Shown one piece after another: positions 20,385 to 29,353 of a DNA stretch of 64,000 nucleotides. The stretch is from positions 9,498-73,497 of the forward strand of contig JAZNND010000014.1 in assembly GCA_045580085.1 (NCBI GenBank), read 5' to 3'. The number at the start of each line of letters is the position of its first letter. The stretch's first letter is position 1. Both the position numbers and the translations under genes were made by a program. The stretch comes from Eubacteriales bacterium (GTDB lineage Bacteria > Bacillota > Clostridia > Oscillospirales > CAG-272). The notes below the pieces were generated by a model. The model had not been told where the DNA came from. It saw only the letters and a list, made by a program, of their open reading frames with translations, and did not search any database.

Positions 20385-20420
20385 ACGGGCTGTCTTTCGT
20401 GAGACAGCCCGTCCTGTTTT
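20385..20420. terminator. Bidirectional terminator, GGGCTGTCT-family hairpin
   Basis: ACGGGCTGTCT-TTCGTG-AGACAGCCCGT. Confidence 0.75.
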
Positions 20421-20437
20421 ATGGTCAAAAAGGAAGA

Positions 20438-21850
20438 TCAAGTAACATTATTTGCAAAATCCTTTTCAAGATCAATGTCCATGTCCGTAACAAATTCCAA
20501 GATGTATAATGTGTTTTCGTCTGCTACCGGCAAATGCAAAGGTTCATTCCAATCGGTGATTTTTTCCGTGATGTCTTCACCGTTTAATAAAACGCGGTCG
20601 CATTCTTCCGGTGTGACGGTAAGTTCGGTGATGACTTGATGGTTTATGAAATCTTCTCTATTTCGGCTTGCACCGAAGACGATTGTATAGGCATCGGGGA
20701 GATAAGTCATTGTTTTCACGCGCTTGATCACCAAAAGGGAACCGGTACTGAGCAAGGCGTTGCTGTTGGTGTAAAGAGCTTTCAAAGATTCCCATTCTTG
20801 CACGGTTGCACTTCCGGGATAAAACCGTTCGGTGCAAGCGGCGTCTTTATACCATGCGGAAGCTAAGAGACCTCCTTGATCGTAGAAGTCGGCTTCGATG
20901 ATCTGGCAAGCAATTTCACCCTTTTGTCCCCAAGTGATGACGCGAGCGAAAGCGGTTCCGTTTTCATAAACCAAATCAAAGTCCAGTTCATAATCCTGCG
21001 AGGAGGGAATTTCATTCATATCGCTCGGAACAGAGACTTCAATGCTGTCAAAAAGCTCTTTGCCTGTGTTATATGTGATGGAGCAACCGCATTCTTCTTT
21101 TGCATCTATTCCATCGAAGTTGCCGGAAAGGGAAAACAAAACGCTTGTGATTTTGCCGTCAGTCGCTTCTACGGTGCTTTTGACAGTCGTCAAAGTGCCG
21201 TCCATTTCCAGTTGAACCGTTATACATAAGGTGTGTTTTCCGTCGGCGGTGGTAGCGGATACAGAGGTCTCTTCCGCATTACGCCCCTCTGCGGTCCAAA
21301 CCGTAGCGTATGCATTCTTGAGCTGCTCCAAGGATTCTGCCGCGAACGGCTGACCGGGAATGGTATGCTGTGCCATAGAAAGAAGATTTCCGACGTTTTT
21401 CTCTTGGAGATTCTCTCGTGTGGCTTTTTGCAGTGGCATATATCCGTCGGCAGAGTAAATCAATGCCTGCCCATTTAAGTAAAAGCATTTTTCTTCGCTG
21501 TTTTCATACTTTTCACCGTTTTTGTAACATACGGAAGCGGATTCGCCGGTTGCGGTGTTGATATACTCTTTGGTAGAAAAGAGCTCGCTTTCGTTGCCCC
21601 AGACCTCTTTTTCCAAGAATTCGATGAGATATTCTCCTTCAAAGGCGCAGGAGTTTTGATACGCGGTCTTGACTGTTTGAAAAATTTCTTCTTCATTCGC
21701 GGATGCAGAGTCATCCCCGGGGGTTGTCGGCGGTGTGTCGGTATCGGGCGAGCAGCCTGAACAGTCCGAGCAGGCGGTAAGTCCCAAGGAGAGCATCAAA
21801 ATCAGGGCAAGCGAAAGGGTAAAAATACGCAAAAAGGTTGTTTTCTTCAT
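20438..21850 (-). CDS. Acidic lipoprotein of unknown function, copy A
   Basis: RBS AGGAGG and lipobox LTAC. First ~66 aa are nearly identical to 22436..23947. Contains 'WYKDAACTERF'. Confidence 0.85.
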   Translation of the reverse strand: MKKTTFLRIFTLSLALILMLSLGLTACSDCSGCSPDTDTPPTTPGDDSASANEEEIFQTVKTAYQNSCAFEGEYLIEFLEKEVWGNESELFSTKEYINTATGESASVCYKNGEKYENSEEKCFYLNGQALIYSADGYMPLQKATRENLQEKNVGNLLSMAQHTIPGQPFAAESLEQLKNAYATVWTAEGRNAEETSVSATTADGKHTLCITVQLEMDGTLTTVKSTVEATDGKITSVLFSLSGNFDGIDAKEECGCSITYNTGKELFDSIEVSVPSDMNEIPSSQDYELDFDLVYENGTAFARVITWGQKGEIACQIIEADFYDQGGLLASAWYKDAACTERFYPGSATVQEWESLKALYTNSNALLSTGSLLVIKRVKTMTYLPDAYTIVFGASRNREDFINHQVITELTVTPEECDRVLLNGEDITEKITDWNEPLHLPVADENTLYILEFVTDMDIDLEKDFANNVT

Positions 21851-22222
21851 AAGTTAGTCCTCCTAATGTTGATATAATTCACCTACCGTCAATTATATAT
21901 ACATACATATATATATATTGAACAAATGATGAATTTTTGAGAAACGGACGATTGATTGCTTATTTTTTTACATGCTTTTTGCGGTACTCGCGCGGGGAAA
22001 GTCCCGTTTGTTTTTGAAGGTACGAGAAAAGAGAAGAGCGTCCTCATATCCCACCGAGTGCGTAATGCTGAGAACACTGAGCTTTTCATCCGAAAGGAGC
22101 TCTTTGGCTTTGCTCATTCGTACCCAGAGCAAAAAGGCTTGCGGACTCATATGGGTGTGCTCCTTGAAGATGGCAGCAAAATAAGAACGGTGGATGCCAA
22201 GATGTTTGGCGATACCGTTGAC
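21655..22222. repeat. Direct repeat of ~23752-24320 (lipoprotein 5' end, its upstream region, and the AraC 3' end)
   Basis: Near-identical sequence at offset 2097-2098. Confidence 0.95.
21960..22222 (-). pseudogene. Truncated, frameshifted 3' fragment of the AraC gene at 24057-24875
   Basis: 'GIAKHLGIHRSYFAAIFKEHTHMSPQAFLLWVRM' is identical to the intact copy. T5 versus T6 near 22011 shifts the frame, and the 5' part is missing. Confidence 0.9.
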
Positions 22223-22388
22223 AGTAAGATGGTTTATAGTACGGAGAGCAACTACCATTCGTTTTTAAGTCTTCCCACAGAAAAGACGGCGAGAGAGATC
22301 AAAATCGTATTCTGTGAAAACCATGCCGATGATATTGGTATTTTCGGCGTAGATCTTGCTTAAATGTAAACATAAAATTGCAAAACGG
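22220..22388 (+). pseudogene. 3' fragment of the FAD oxidoreductase at 18564-20363, plus its 3' UTR
   Basis: 'EKTAREIKIVFCENH-ADDIGIFGVDLA*' and downstream TAAATGTAAACATAAAATTGCAAAACGG match 20276-20388 apart from a 3-bp deletion. Confidence 0.9.
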
Positions 22389-22435
22389 AGGGCTGCCGCA
22401 TAAGCGACAACCCTCCGCATGTTTTTGTAAATTTA

Positions 22436-23947
22436 TTACCAAGGATCATAGTCTTCCACGGAAAAATCATCATCGGTGATTTCGGTGACATATGTAAGGG
22501 TAGACATGGAATCTTCCGGAATAGGGAAGGGCCAAATCGCCATATTGGGATCCCAACCGTCGGGAATAACAACAGCGGTGCCATCTAACAAAACGCAAGA
22601 ATAATCGTCAAGCCAGATGTTCGAATCGCCCAACAAATTAAATCCGACAGAGGGAAGAAAGGAAACGGCAACGAAGCATGTGACGTCTTCATACTCGCGA
22701 GGAGTGCCGAACACAATGCGATAGGCATCGGAAATGTTGGAAACTCTTTTTTCTTGCAGGGAGACCAAAAAGATATTTTCCGCGTGGGGGGATGTGAGGG
22801 CTTCCGCGTTCGTGTAAAGCGTGGAAACGGATGCCCATACTTCGTCCGAAGACATGATATCAAAAGGTTGGGTGCAGGCTTCGTCGGTGTACCAAGTGCT
22901 TACATAGCTATAAGCAAGTTTACCGCTGAATTGCTGCGAAAAACTTTTATCGGAGTAGTAATCGGATACAAAGTAGCCCCAAAGAGTTCCGTCGCTAAAG
23001 CGGAGAGCAACAGAAATTCCGTTGTTCTCGGCGTAATTTGCCCAAATCGTTTCGTGCTTGGGAATGGTATTCATATCGTCCGGCAGAGGTACGGATACGC
23101 TGTTATAAAAATCTTTTCCCGTTTGGTAGCTGATGCGGATGGTTATGCTCGCATTATAAGTTTCCCCATCTTCTTCCATGGAACCCTGACAGCCGACTTC
23201 CACAAGCTTACCGTCTGCGACAGCCACTTTTTGCGTTAGGTGCATGGGCGTGTCATCATCAAAGGCAGGGACTTCAATCAAAAGGATGTATTTGCCGTCT
23301 TCGATTTTGACGGTTATGGCGGTGTCTTCGTCACTATAACCGTCCTTTGCCCAAACGGTGGCATAGGCACTTCTTAACTCCGCAAGGCTGTTTGCCGAAA
23401 AGGGTTCGCCGTACAGATCGTTAAAAATCGAAAATCTTTCATTACTGATGCGCTTAGTGAGATATTCTTGGGGAATTTCTTTGATCGGTGCTTGAATGAA
23501 ATCAGAACCGATGCCTTCTTCTGCACCGCCGTCGGGGGAAAGACTGCCATCACCGTAGAAACCGTCGGTATACTTGTAATATTTTCCATCTGCAGAGAAA
23601 AGTTTATCGGTGCAACCTGTATCATCGGTGGCGAGGTATTCGCCCGTTGCGAGATTGAGGTAAGATTTTGTTGTATCGGTCCAAGATTCATCGCCGTAAC
23701 TTTCCGCGCCGGTGGCTTCGATGTACATCTCGCCACTATAGGAATCGAAGTTTTGATATGCGGTTTTGATCGCTTGAAAAATTTCTTCTTCATTCGCGGT
23801 TGCAGAGTCATCCCCGGGGGTTGTCGGCGGTGCGTCGGTATCGGGCGAGCAGCCTGAACAGTCCGAGCAGGCGGTAAGCCCCAAAGAGAGCATCAAAATC
23901 AGGGCAAGCGAAAGGGTAAAAATACGCAAAAAGGTTGTTTTCTTCAT
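22436..23947 (-). CDS. Acidic lipoprotein of unknown function, copy B
   Basis: Same leader and lipobox as copy A with a strongly diverged body. Contains 'WYTDEACTQPF'. Confidence 0.85.
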   Translation of the reverse strand: MKKTTFLRIFTLSLALILMLSLGLTACSDCSGCSPDTDAPPTTPGDDSATANEEEIFQAIKTAYQNFDSYSGEMYIEATGAESYGDESWTDTTKSYLNLATGEYLATDDTGCTDKLFSADGKYYKYTDGFYGDGSLSPDGGAEEGIGSDFIQAPIKEIPQEYLTKRISNERFSIFNDLYGEPFSANSLAELRSAYATVWAKDGYSDEDTAITVKIEDGKYILLIEVPAFDDDTPMHLTQKVAVADGKLVEVGCQGSMEEDGETYNASITIRISYQTGKDFYNSVSVPLPDDMNTIPKHETIWANYAENNGISVALRFSDGTLWGYFVSDYYSDKSFSQQFSGKLAYSYVSTWYTDEACTQPFDIMSSDEVWASVSTLYTNAEALTSPHAENIFLVSLQEKRVSNISDAYRIVFGTPREYEDVTCFVAVSFLPSVGFNLLGDSNIWLDDYSCVLLDGTAVVIPDGWDPNMAIWPFPIPEDSMSTLTYVTEITDDDFSVEDYDPW

Positions 23948-24056
23948 AAGTTAGTCCTCCTAATGTTGATATAATTCACCTACCGTTAATTATATATACA
24001 TACATATATATATATTGAACAAATGATGAATTTTTGAGAAACGGACGATTGATTGC

Positions 24057-24875
24057 TTATTTTTTTACATGCTTTTTGCGGTACTCGCGCGGGGAAAGTC
24101 CCGTTTGTTTTTTGAAGGTACGGGAAAAGAGAAGAGCGTCCTCATATCCCACCGAGTGCGCAATGCTGAGAACACTGAGCTTTTCATCCGAAAGGAGCTC
24201 TTTGGCTTTGTTCATTCGTACCCAAAGCAAAAAGGCTTGCGGACTCATATGGGTGTGCTCCTTGAAGATGGCGGCAAAATAAGAACGGTGGATGCCAAGA
24301 TGTTTGGCGATACCGCTGACGGATGTTTTCAAGGCATAGTTTTGCTGGATATAGTGAATGGCGTGCTCTACATAATCCTCTTTGATGCCGAGCCCCGAGG
24401 AAGGTGTGGAGGGGGAGATTTGCGGAACGATCTCGGCAAGGAGCATAAAAAGATTTCCGACCAATCTCAACTGACCGTCCGCGCGGGTTTCATCCGCCTG
24501 TTCCATGGCGGAAAAGATGCGTAAAAGCGCGTGAGGATCGCTAAAGGTGAAAACAGGGCTTTCTACCGAGAGACCAAGCTCTTCCATCAGCTTTGCGCCG
24601 CCTGAGAAGCCGATCCATGAATAGCACCAAGGTTTTTTTTCATCCGCTTCGTAATAGGCGACCTCGCCCGGAAAAATGAGAAATCCTTCGCCCGCCTTCA
24701 CGGTATACTCTCTGCCGCCCGACACGAAAACGCCGTATCCCGAGGTGACGAAGTGTAAAAGAAAATGGTCTCTGACGGCAGGGCCGAAGCTGTGATGCGC
24801 TTCGCATTCTTCCATGCCGTATTGGCAGACGCTCGGTTCTGCGTGGCGCAGCGGTGTAACCCAGATATGCTCCAA
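24057..24875 (-). CDS. AraC family regulator (MsmR-like ligand-binding domain); start codon uncertain
   Basis: 'HSFGPAVRDHFLLHFVTSGYG', 'PWCYSWIGFSG', 'SVGYEDALLFSRTFKKQTGLSP'. TTG at 24875 follows AAGGAAAGGAAGG; ATGs at 24926 and 24947 are alternatives. Confidence 0.88.
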   Translation of the reverse strand: MEHIWVTPLRHAEPSVCQYGMEECEAHHSFGPAVRDHFLLHFVTSGYGVFVSGGREYTVKAGEGFLIFPGEVAYYEADEKKPWCYSWIGFSGGAKLMEELGLSVESPVFTFSDPHALLRIFSAMEQADETRADGQLRLVGNLFMLLAEIVPQISPSTPSSGLGIKEDYVEHAIHYIQQNYALKTSVSGIAKHLGIHRSYFAAIFKEHTHMSPQAFLLWVRMNKAKELLSDEKLSVLSIAHSVGYEDALLFSRTFKKQTGLSPREYRKKHVKK

Positions 24876-25020
24876 AATAATTGCCTTCCTTTCCTTCTCA
24901 TTTAAATTATACTCTATATATGACATTTTACCATATTTATCTGACATAAAGCCATTTACTTTTTGCAAATAAGTTATAAACTTAAATTGAACTCTAAAAA
25001 TAAAAAAACGGAGGCGCAAA

Positions 25021-26565
25021 ATGAAATACGTAATGATTTTCCACGCGAATCTCAACTACGCTTATCTGCATCCCGATAAGTATGAGTTTGTTATTCGCAA
25101 CAGCTATGAGCTTCTTTTCGATACCATGGCTGAGAATTTCCCCAACACTAAATTCGTTTTCGAGGCATCGGGCTACACCATCGAGCAGATGGCAAAGCTG
25201 ACTCCCGACGTTCTTGAAAAGCTGAAAGCGGCAGTCGCTCGCGGCGCTTGCGAATTCATGGGCAGCCCTTACGCACATCCCATGCTCCCCAACTTCCCCG
25301 AGGAGGACGGTACTTATTCCATTAAGTTCGCTATGGATGTTTTTGAAAAGTACCTCGGCTTTAAGCCCAAGTCTCTTTGGAACCCCGAGTGCGGTTGGAG
25401 AAGCTATGTTCCCCGCGAGGCAGTTGCCAACGGAGCGAAGAACCTCATTGGTGACTTTGAGGCATACAGCCGTTCCAAGGGTGTAGACGGTAAACCCCTT
25501 CGCCCTGAGATCTATGAGAAGGAGCATTCCGACGATCCTTCCTTCTACAGCTTTGATTTCAAGTATGATCTTGAAGGCTCCGAGCGTGCTATTCACCGCC
25601 CCTTCCAGCACATCGAAGGCATCGAGGACGGCAAGCTCCGCATGTTCCTCAGAACCGACCGTATCGCACAGTTCGCAGTTCGTTACTTCATGGGTATGGA
25701 AGGCTATACCTTTGAGAAGTACATGGATCTCGTTAAGAAGTATTCCGAAGAGAAGCCCGGCGATCCCGAAGGCGCACTCATCATCTTCGCGGATGACGCT
25801 GAGTACATCGGTACCAACGGTTGGTTCCGTTTGAAGTATCAGAACAAGCCCGATAACGTATTTGAGGTAACTCCCGATTCCCGTGAGAAGCTCATCAAGG
25901 TTGTAACCGAGGTGCAAGAGAAGTATGGCGAGTTCATTACTTATGATGAAGCTTGCAATACCATCGAGCCTCTTGATGACGTTCTTAACGTAGACGACGA
26001 TGCCGCATGGCACGGTGCTCGCGCATCCACTTGGGCATCCACTCCTCTCGCGCAGACGCTCCGCCCCTGGCAGGATCTCGTTCGCGAGAAGCTTCATGCC
26101 GTCAAGGATACGTTAGATGAGGCAACTGTCGAGAAGGTTTGGTATCACTTGACCAACTCCTTCAACTCCGACGGTCAGTGGCCCCCCACGCTTCCCAACG
26201 CTCCTCACATCATTTTCCCCTTCAACTATGAGTACTGCTTCGAGAACCTGCTTGCGGCTGAAATGCTCGTTGGCGGCGTTGACAGAAGCCGTTTGACCTC
26301 TTCTTCCGTTGAGACCATCAAGAAGATCCTCACCATGCAACAGGATCTCGTTCTTGACAAGGCAAATACCCTTCTCGCTAACGGCACCGACGAGGAAAAG
26401 AAGAACGCGAAGAACGCGATCAACCTCATCATGGCTTCGAGAAATCTCGATTCCTTGAAGGCTGCATCCGAGACGCTTCTCTATCCTTCCGAGTATACCG
26501 TTCGCGCCAATGCTCTGATCGAAGCTCGCCGTCTGGTTGGCGGTGTCGTTCTTGAAAAGAACTAA
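25021..26565 (+). CDS. Glycoside hydrolase family 57
   Basis: GH57 conserved regions 'FHANLNY', 'EFMGSPYAHPML', 'WNPECGW' (catalytic Glu), 'ADDAEYIG' (catalytic Asp), 'NSDGQW'. Confidence 0.82.
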   Translation: MKYVMIFHANLNYAYLHPDKYEFVIRNSYELLFDTMAENFPNTKFVFEASGYTIEQMAKLTPDVLEKLKAAVARGACEFMGSPYAHPMLPNFPEEDGTYSIKFAMDVFEKYLGFKPKSLWNPECGWRSYVPREAVANGAKNLIGDFEAYSRSKGVDGKPLRPEIYEKEHSDDPSFYSFDFKYDLEGSERAIHRPFQHIEGIEDGKLRMFLRTDRIAQFAVRYFMGMEGYTFEKYMDLVKKYSEEKPGDPEGALIIFADDAEYIGTNGWFRLKYQNKPDNVFEVTPDSREKLIKVVTEVQEKYGEFITYDEACNTIEPLDDVLNVDDDAAWHGARASTWASTPLAQTLRPWQDLVREKLHAVKDTLDEATVEKVWYHLTNSFNSDGQWPPTLPNAPHIIFPFNYEYCFENLLAAEMLVGGVDRSRLTSSSVETIKKILTMQQDLVLDKANTLLANGTDEEKKNAKNAINLIMASRNLDSLKAASETLLYPSEYTVRANALIEARRLVGGVVLEKN

Positions 26566-26578
26566 TTGAAAAAGCCAA

Positions 26579-26606
26579 GCGGGCTGTCTCCAAGGAGACA
26601 GCCCGC
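26579..26606. terminator. GGGCTGTCT-family hairpin between convergent genes
   Basis: GCGGGCTGTCTCC-AA-GGAGACAGCCCGC. Confidence 0.7.
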
Positions 26607-26647
26607 AACATTTTGTGCCACAAAATGTGCAAAATGCTCAAATTTTG

Positions 26648-27064
26648 TTAGCTTAGCTTTGCATTGATACGCTTTTCGATAGCTTTGACTGTGAAATAGA
26701 CCGAGAGCCAAACGGCGAGAAAAGTAAGCAAAAAGACGGCGGTGAAAATGAGAAGGAACATGGGTTCAAAGGGAATCCAAGCATTCACCAGATACGCGAG
26801 CACATAAACGAGGTAGAGCAGAGAAAGATGTATGGCGAATACTTTAACGGTTGACCAGTGCTCAATTCCTTTCAATGCCGTCGCGCCGGCTTGCATGAAA
26901 GCGAGAATGTAGGTGGAGAGAATGCCGAGCAAAACTTCCGAGCCCGAAAGCGAAAAATCGGTCAGCGTTTTTTGGAGTACCGCGTAAACAATGCCCAATA
27001 CGATGGGGCCGAAGCCTCCGAACATAATACCGCGGAGTAAAAAGTTTTTGACGTGTCGGTTCAT
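26648..27064 (-). CDS. DUF3021-like four-TM membrane protein (partner of the LytTR regulator)
   Basis: 'GFGPIVLGIVY', 'IEHWS', 'YLVNAWIP', 'KRINAKL'. Overlaps the LytTR stop codon by 4 bp. Confidence 0.78.
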   Translation of the reverse strand: MNRHVKNFLLRGIMFGGFGPIVLGIVYAVLQKTLTDFSLSGSEVLLGILSTYILAFMQAGATALKGIEHWSTVKVFAIHLSLLYLVYVLAYLVNAWIPFEPMFLLIFTAVFLLTFLAVWLSVYFTVKAIEKRINAKLS

Positions 27065-27498
27065 TTTTTAAGTCCCATCCTTTCTTTGACTTCCTTGAGC
27101 TGACGGCGCGATATGATATCGCGAAAGCCGTCCTTGCAGATCACGGCGAGTGATCCGCCCACGGTGGCGGAAAAACGTTCGATCCTCTTTTTGTTGATGA
27201 GGCAGGATTGGTTGATCTTGATAAAATCGGGCGTGAGCCGTTCTTCCAAGGTGTAAAGCCTTTCGCTTATGCGAAGCCTTTCCCCCCGTCTCACGGCAAA
27301 CACTTTGCCGTTTTCTACGGTAAAAGCCGTGATCTCTTGGGGCTCAAAGGGGAAAAGATCAGCACCCGTACTTCCAACAAAAGTCTGTTCCTCCTTTTGG
27401 CAAAGTGCTTCTATGTCACAAACGAGAGGGGTGCGTGTTTTGGCATAAACGATGCATTCTTCCGGGCGGTCTTTATCGATGACGGTTGTGCATTTCAT
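27061..27498 (-). CDS. Stand-alone LytTR DNA-binding domain regulator
   Basis: 'RLYTLEERLTPDFIKINQSCLINKKRI' and 'ISRRQLKEVKERMG'; no receiver domain. Confidence 0.88.
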   Translation of the reverse strand: MKCTTVIDKDRPEECIVYAKTRTPLVCDIEALCQKEEQTFVGSTGADLFPFEPQEITAFTVENGKVFAVRRGERLRISERLYTLEERLTPDFIKINQSCLINKKRIERFSATVGGSLAVICKDGFRDIISRRQLKEVKERMGLKK

Positions 27499-27537
27499 GG
27501 TGATTTCCTTTCCAAGGAGATTATCTCCTTTGCTCTT

Positions 27538-27606
27538 ATTGTAACCCGACGGCGTGGAAAAAGCAAGCACTTTGCCTTTTTCGGTCGTTTTACGGAATTA
27601 AACGGT
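27538..27606 (-). promoter_or_regulatory. Promoter with a candidate LytTR direct-repeat binding site
   Basis: Minus strand: ACCGTTTAA-12 bp-ACCGAAAAA, then TTGCTT-17 bp-TACAAT. Confidence 0.6.
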
Positions 27607-27648
27607 AAAAGCTGCCTCAAATACATTTTGCACTCGAGGCAGCTTTTG

Positions 27649-28476
27649 TTATTGTTTCCCCTTTTTTCTTTTCCGAATATGTAAAACGCAGAACGCGCTT
27701 CCAACGCCTAAGGCGAGACCGCTGACGGCGGACAGAATGATATAGGGTATGCGATATGTGTATATGTGCGTGGGGACTTGCGGAGTATCTATATCAAGGG
27801 ATAAGCTTTGCACCGTTTTTATATAGTAACTAAAATAAAAAATGGCATTTGTTTCATCTAAAAACCGTACAAACCCTTGCATGAGTGTCAAAAAGTCTTC
27901 TTGTGTCAGAACAATCGGATCAGAACCTCGGTTGCGAACCGAGATAAAAGTGCCGTCAGGCGTTACATAATAGACAAAGAAGCAGTCCGTATCTTCGGTG
28001 TAAAACGCGTACAGATCCAAAATGTTTTCTTCTTGATATATTCTTTCACCGTAGCGAAGGGGAAGGTGCTTTTGAGAAATATATTGTGAAATATCATAAA
28101 AAAAATTATTTTTTACATTAGACACGACGGCAGAGGGCTCGCTTTCCGTTCTGGGCGTGATACGGAGAATATAAGTATTTACAAGATAATCGCTATATTC
28201 CGTCGCCCTTTCGCAGTGATCGAGCAGTTTGGGAAGGGGCATACTTGAAAGACTTTCCTCGTCTGTTTTATAAAATCGGATCATCGGATGCCCGCTTATG
28301 TTGAGGGGAGGCGATATCGATGAGTCATAAAACTCGGGGTTTTGCAAAATGACAATCTCATTTTCGCTTATGTTTTGACTGCGCAAGTGGGGCTGCCTCG
28401 CGAGTTCTTCCCCGTAGCACGGAAGCGTGAGCGAGAAAATCAAAAGCAAAATTAAAAAAGGAAGCAATTTTTTCAT
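27649..28476 (-). CDS. Secreted, C-terminally membrane-anchored hypothetical protein (paralog of 28473-29342)
   Basis: Signal peptide and C-terminal TM with a basic tail. Shares 'SQNISE', 'ILDxYxF', 'YYxTxxGxF' and 'QEDFLT' with its neighbour. Confidence 0.7.
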   Translation of the reverse strand: MKKLLPFLILLLIFSLTLPCYGEELARQPHLRSQNISENEIVILQNPEFYDSSISPPLNISGHPMIRFYKTDEESLSSMPLPKLLDHCERATEYSDYLVNTYILRITPRTESEPSAVVSNVKNNFFYDISQYISQKHLPLRYGERIYQEENILDLYAFYTEDTDCFFVYYVTPDGTFISVRNRGSDPIVLTQEDFLTLMQGFVRFLDETNAIFYFSYYIKTVQSLSLDIDTPQVPTHIYTYRIPYIILSAVSGLALGVGSAFCVLHIRKRKKGKQ

Positions 28477-29342
28477 ACGGCACCGCCTTCTTCCTCAAAC
28501 GTGGTATTCGGTTGCGTGCGCTTTTTCTTTATGCGTTTATGTAAAAAAGAAATGCCGAATACGGTGGCAGTACCGAGTGCACAAGCTCCTACGGCACTGA
28601 TTATAGAATAGAAAACGGTGCGGTCTTGGAGCAAAAACGCGCCTTTATCCCAGTTTGTTCCGAAAATGTACCACATATACATCATAAAATCCGGAGGGGA
28701 TTCCAAAAGCCCTTCCGTTTGCTTCAAGTGTATCCCATAGCTGTGCCGGATCGTTAGAAAATCTTCTTGTGCATACGTTTTAGAACGGTCATCCCACCCA
28801 TCATCGCCGATAAAGTATTCTAAAAACACACCGTGGTCTGTGATGTAATAAACAGCTGCGCCTTCGCAGTGATAGTTGTTCGGCAAAAAAACGTAAGCAT
28901 CCAAGATGTTGTAGTCTGCCGTAAGATTCGGCTTATCGGAAAGACTTGCATACGAAAGAAAGTATGGGCTGCAGCTGTGCTCACAGAGGCTGACAGTTGG
29001 CATTTTGTTTTCGTTATAATGGAGTGAAATGAGTTCTTTGCCTGCCATATAATATTCGGTTCTCGGAAAGATATCGCTTTTGTCGTGAAGCTTTGTTAGT
29101 TGGTCGAGGGGGTAATCGAGCGCATCGTCAAGAAAAAACCAATAGGCACGAATCAAAAATTTGTTTGAAATATCGACTTTCGCCATGCTCTCGTCATAAT
29201 AATCGCGATTCAAAAGAATTGCTTTTGTGTCTTCGGATATATTTTGACTTTGAAAAGGTGCGGTCATCTTTCCTTCCGATGCATGGGTGGGGAGTGAAAG
29301 AAAAATGCAAATAGAAAGAGCAATAGAAAGAAATTTTTTCAT
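28473..29342 (-). CDS. Secreted, C-terminally membrane-anchored hypothetical protein
   Basis: Signal peptide, C-terminal TM followed by 'HKRIKKKR', and the paralog motifs noted above. Confidence 0.7.
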   Translation of the reverse strand: MKKFLSIALSICIFLSLPTHASEGKMTAPFQSQNISEDTKAILLNRDYYDESMAKVDISNKFLIRAYWFFLDDALDYPLDQLTKLHDKSDIFPRTEYYMAGKELISLHYNENKMPTVSLCEHSCSPYFLSYASLSDKPNLTADYNILDAYVFLPNNYHCEGAAVYYITDHGVFLEYFIGDDGWDDRSKTYAQEDFLTIRHSYGIHLKQTEGLLESPPDFMMYMWYIFGTNWDKGAFLLQDRTVFYSIISAVGACALGTATVFGISFLHKRIKKKRTQPNTTFEEEGGAV

Positions 29343-29353
29343 ATAAAACTCCT

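Noticed and set aside
21956-22363. 135-aa + strand ORF
   Set aside because: It is a chimera of the antisense of the AraC remnant and the oxidoreductase 3' remnant across the duplication junction, and has no RBS.
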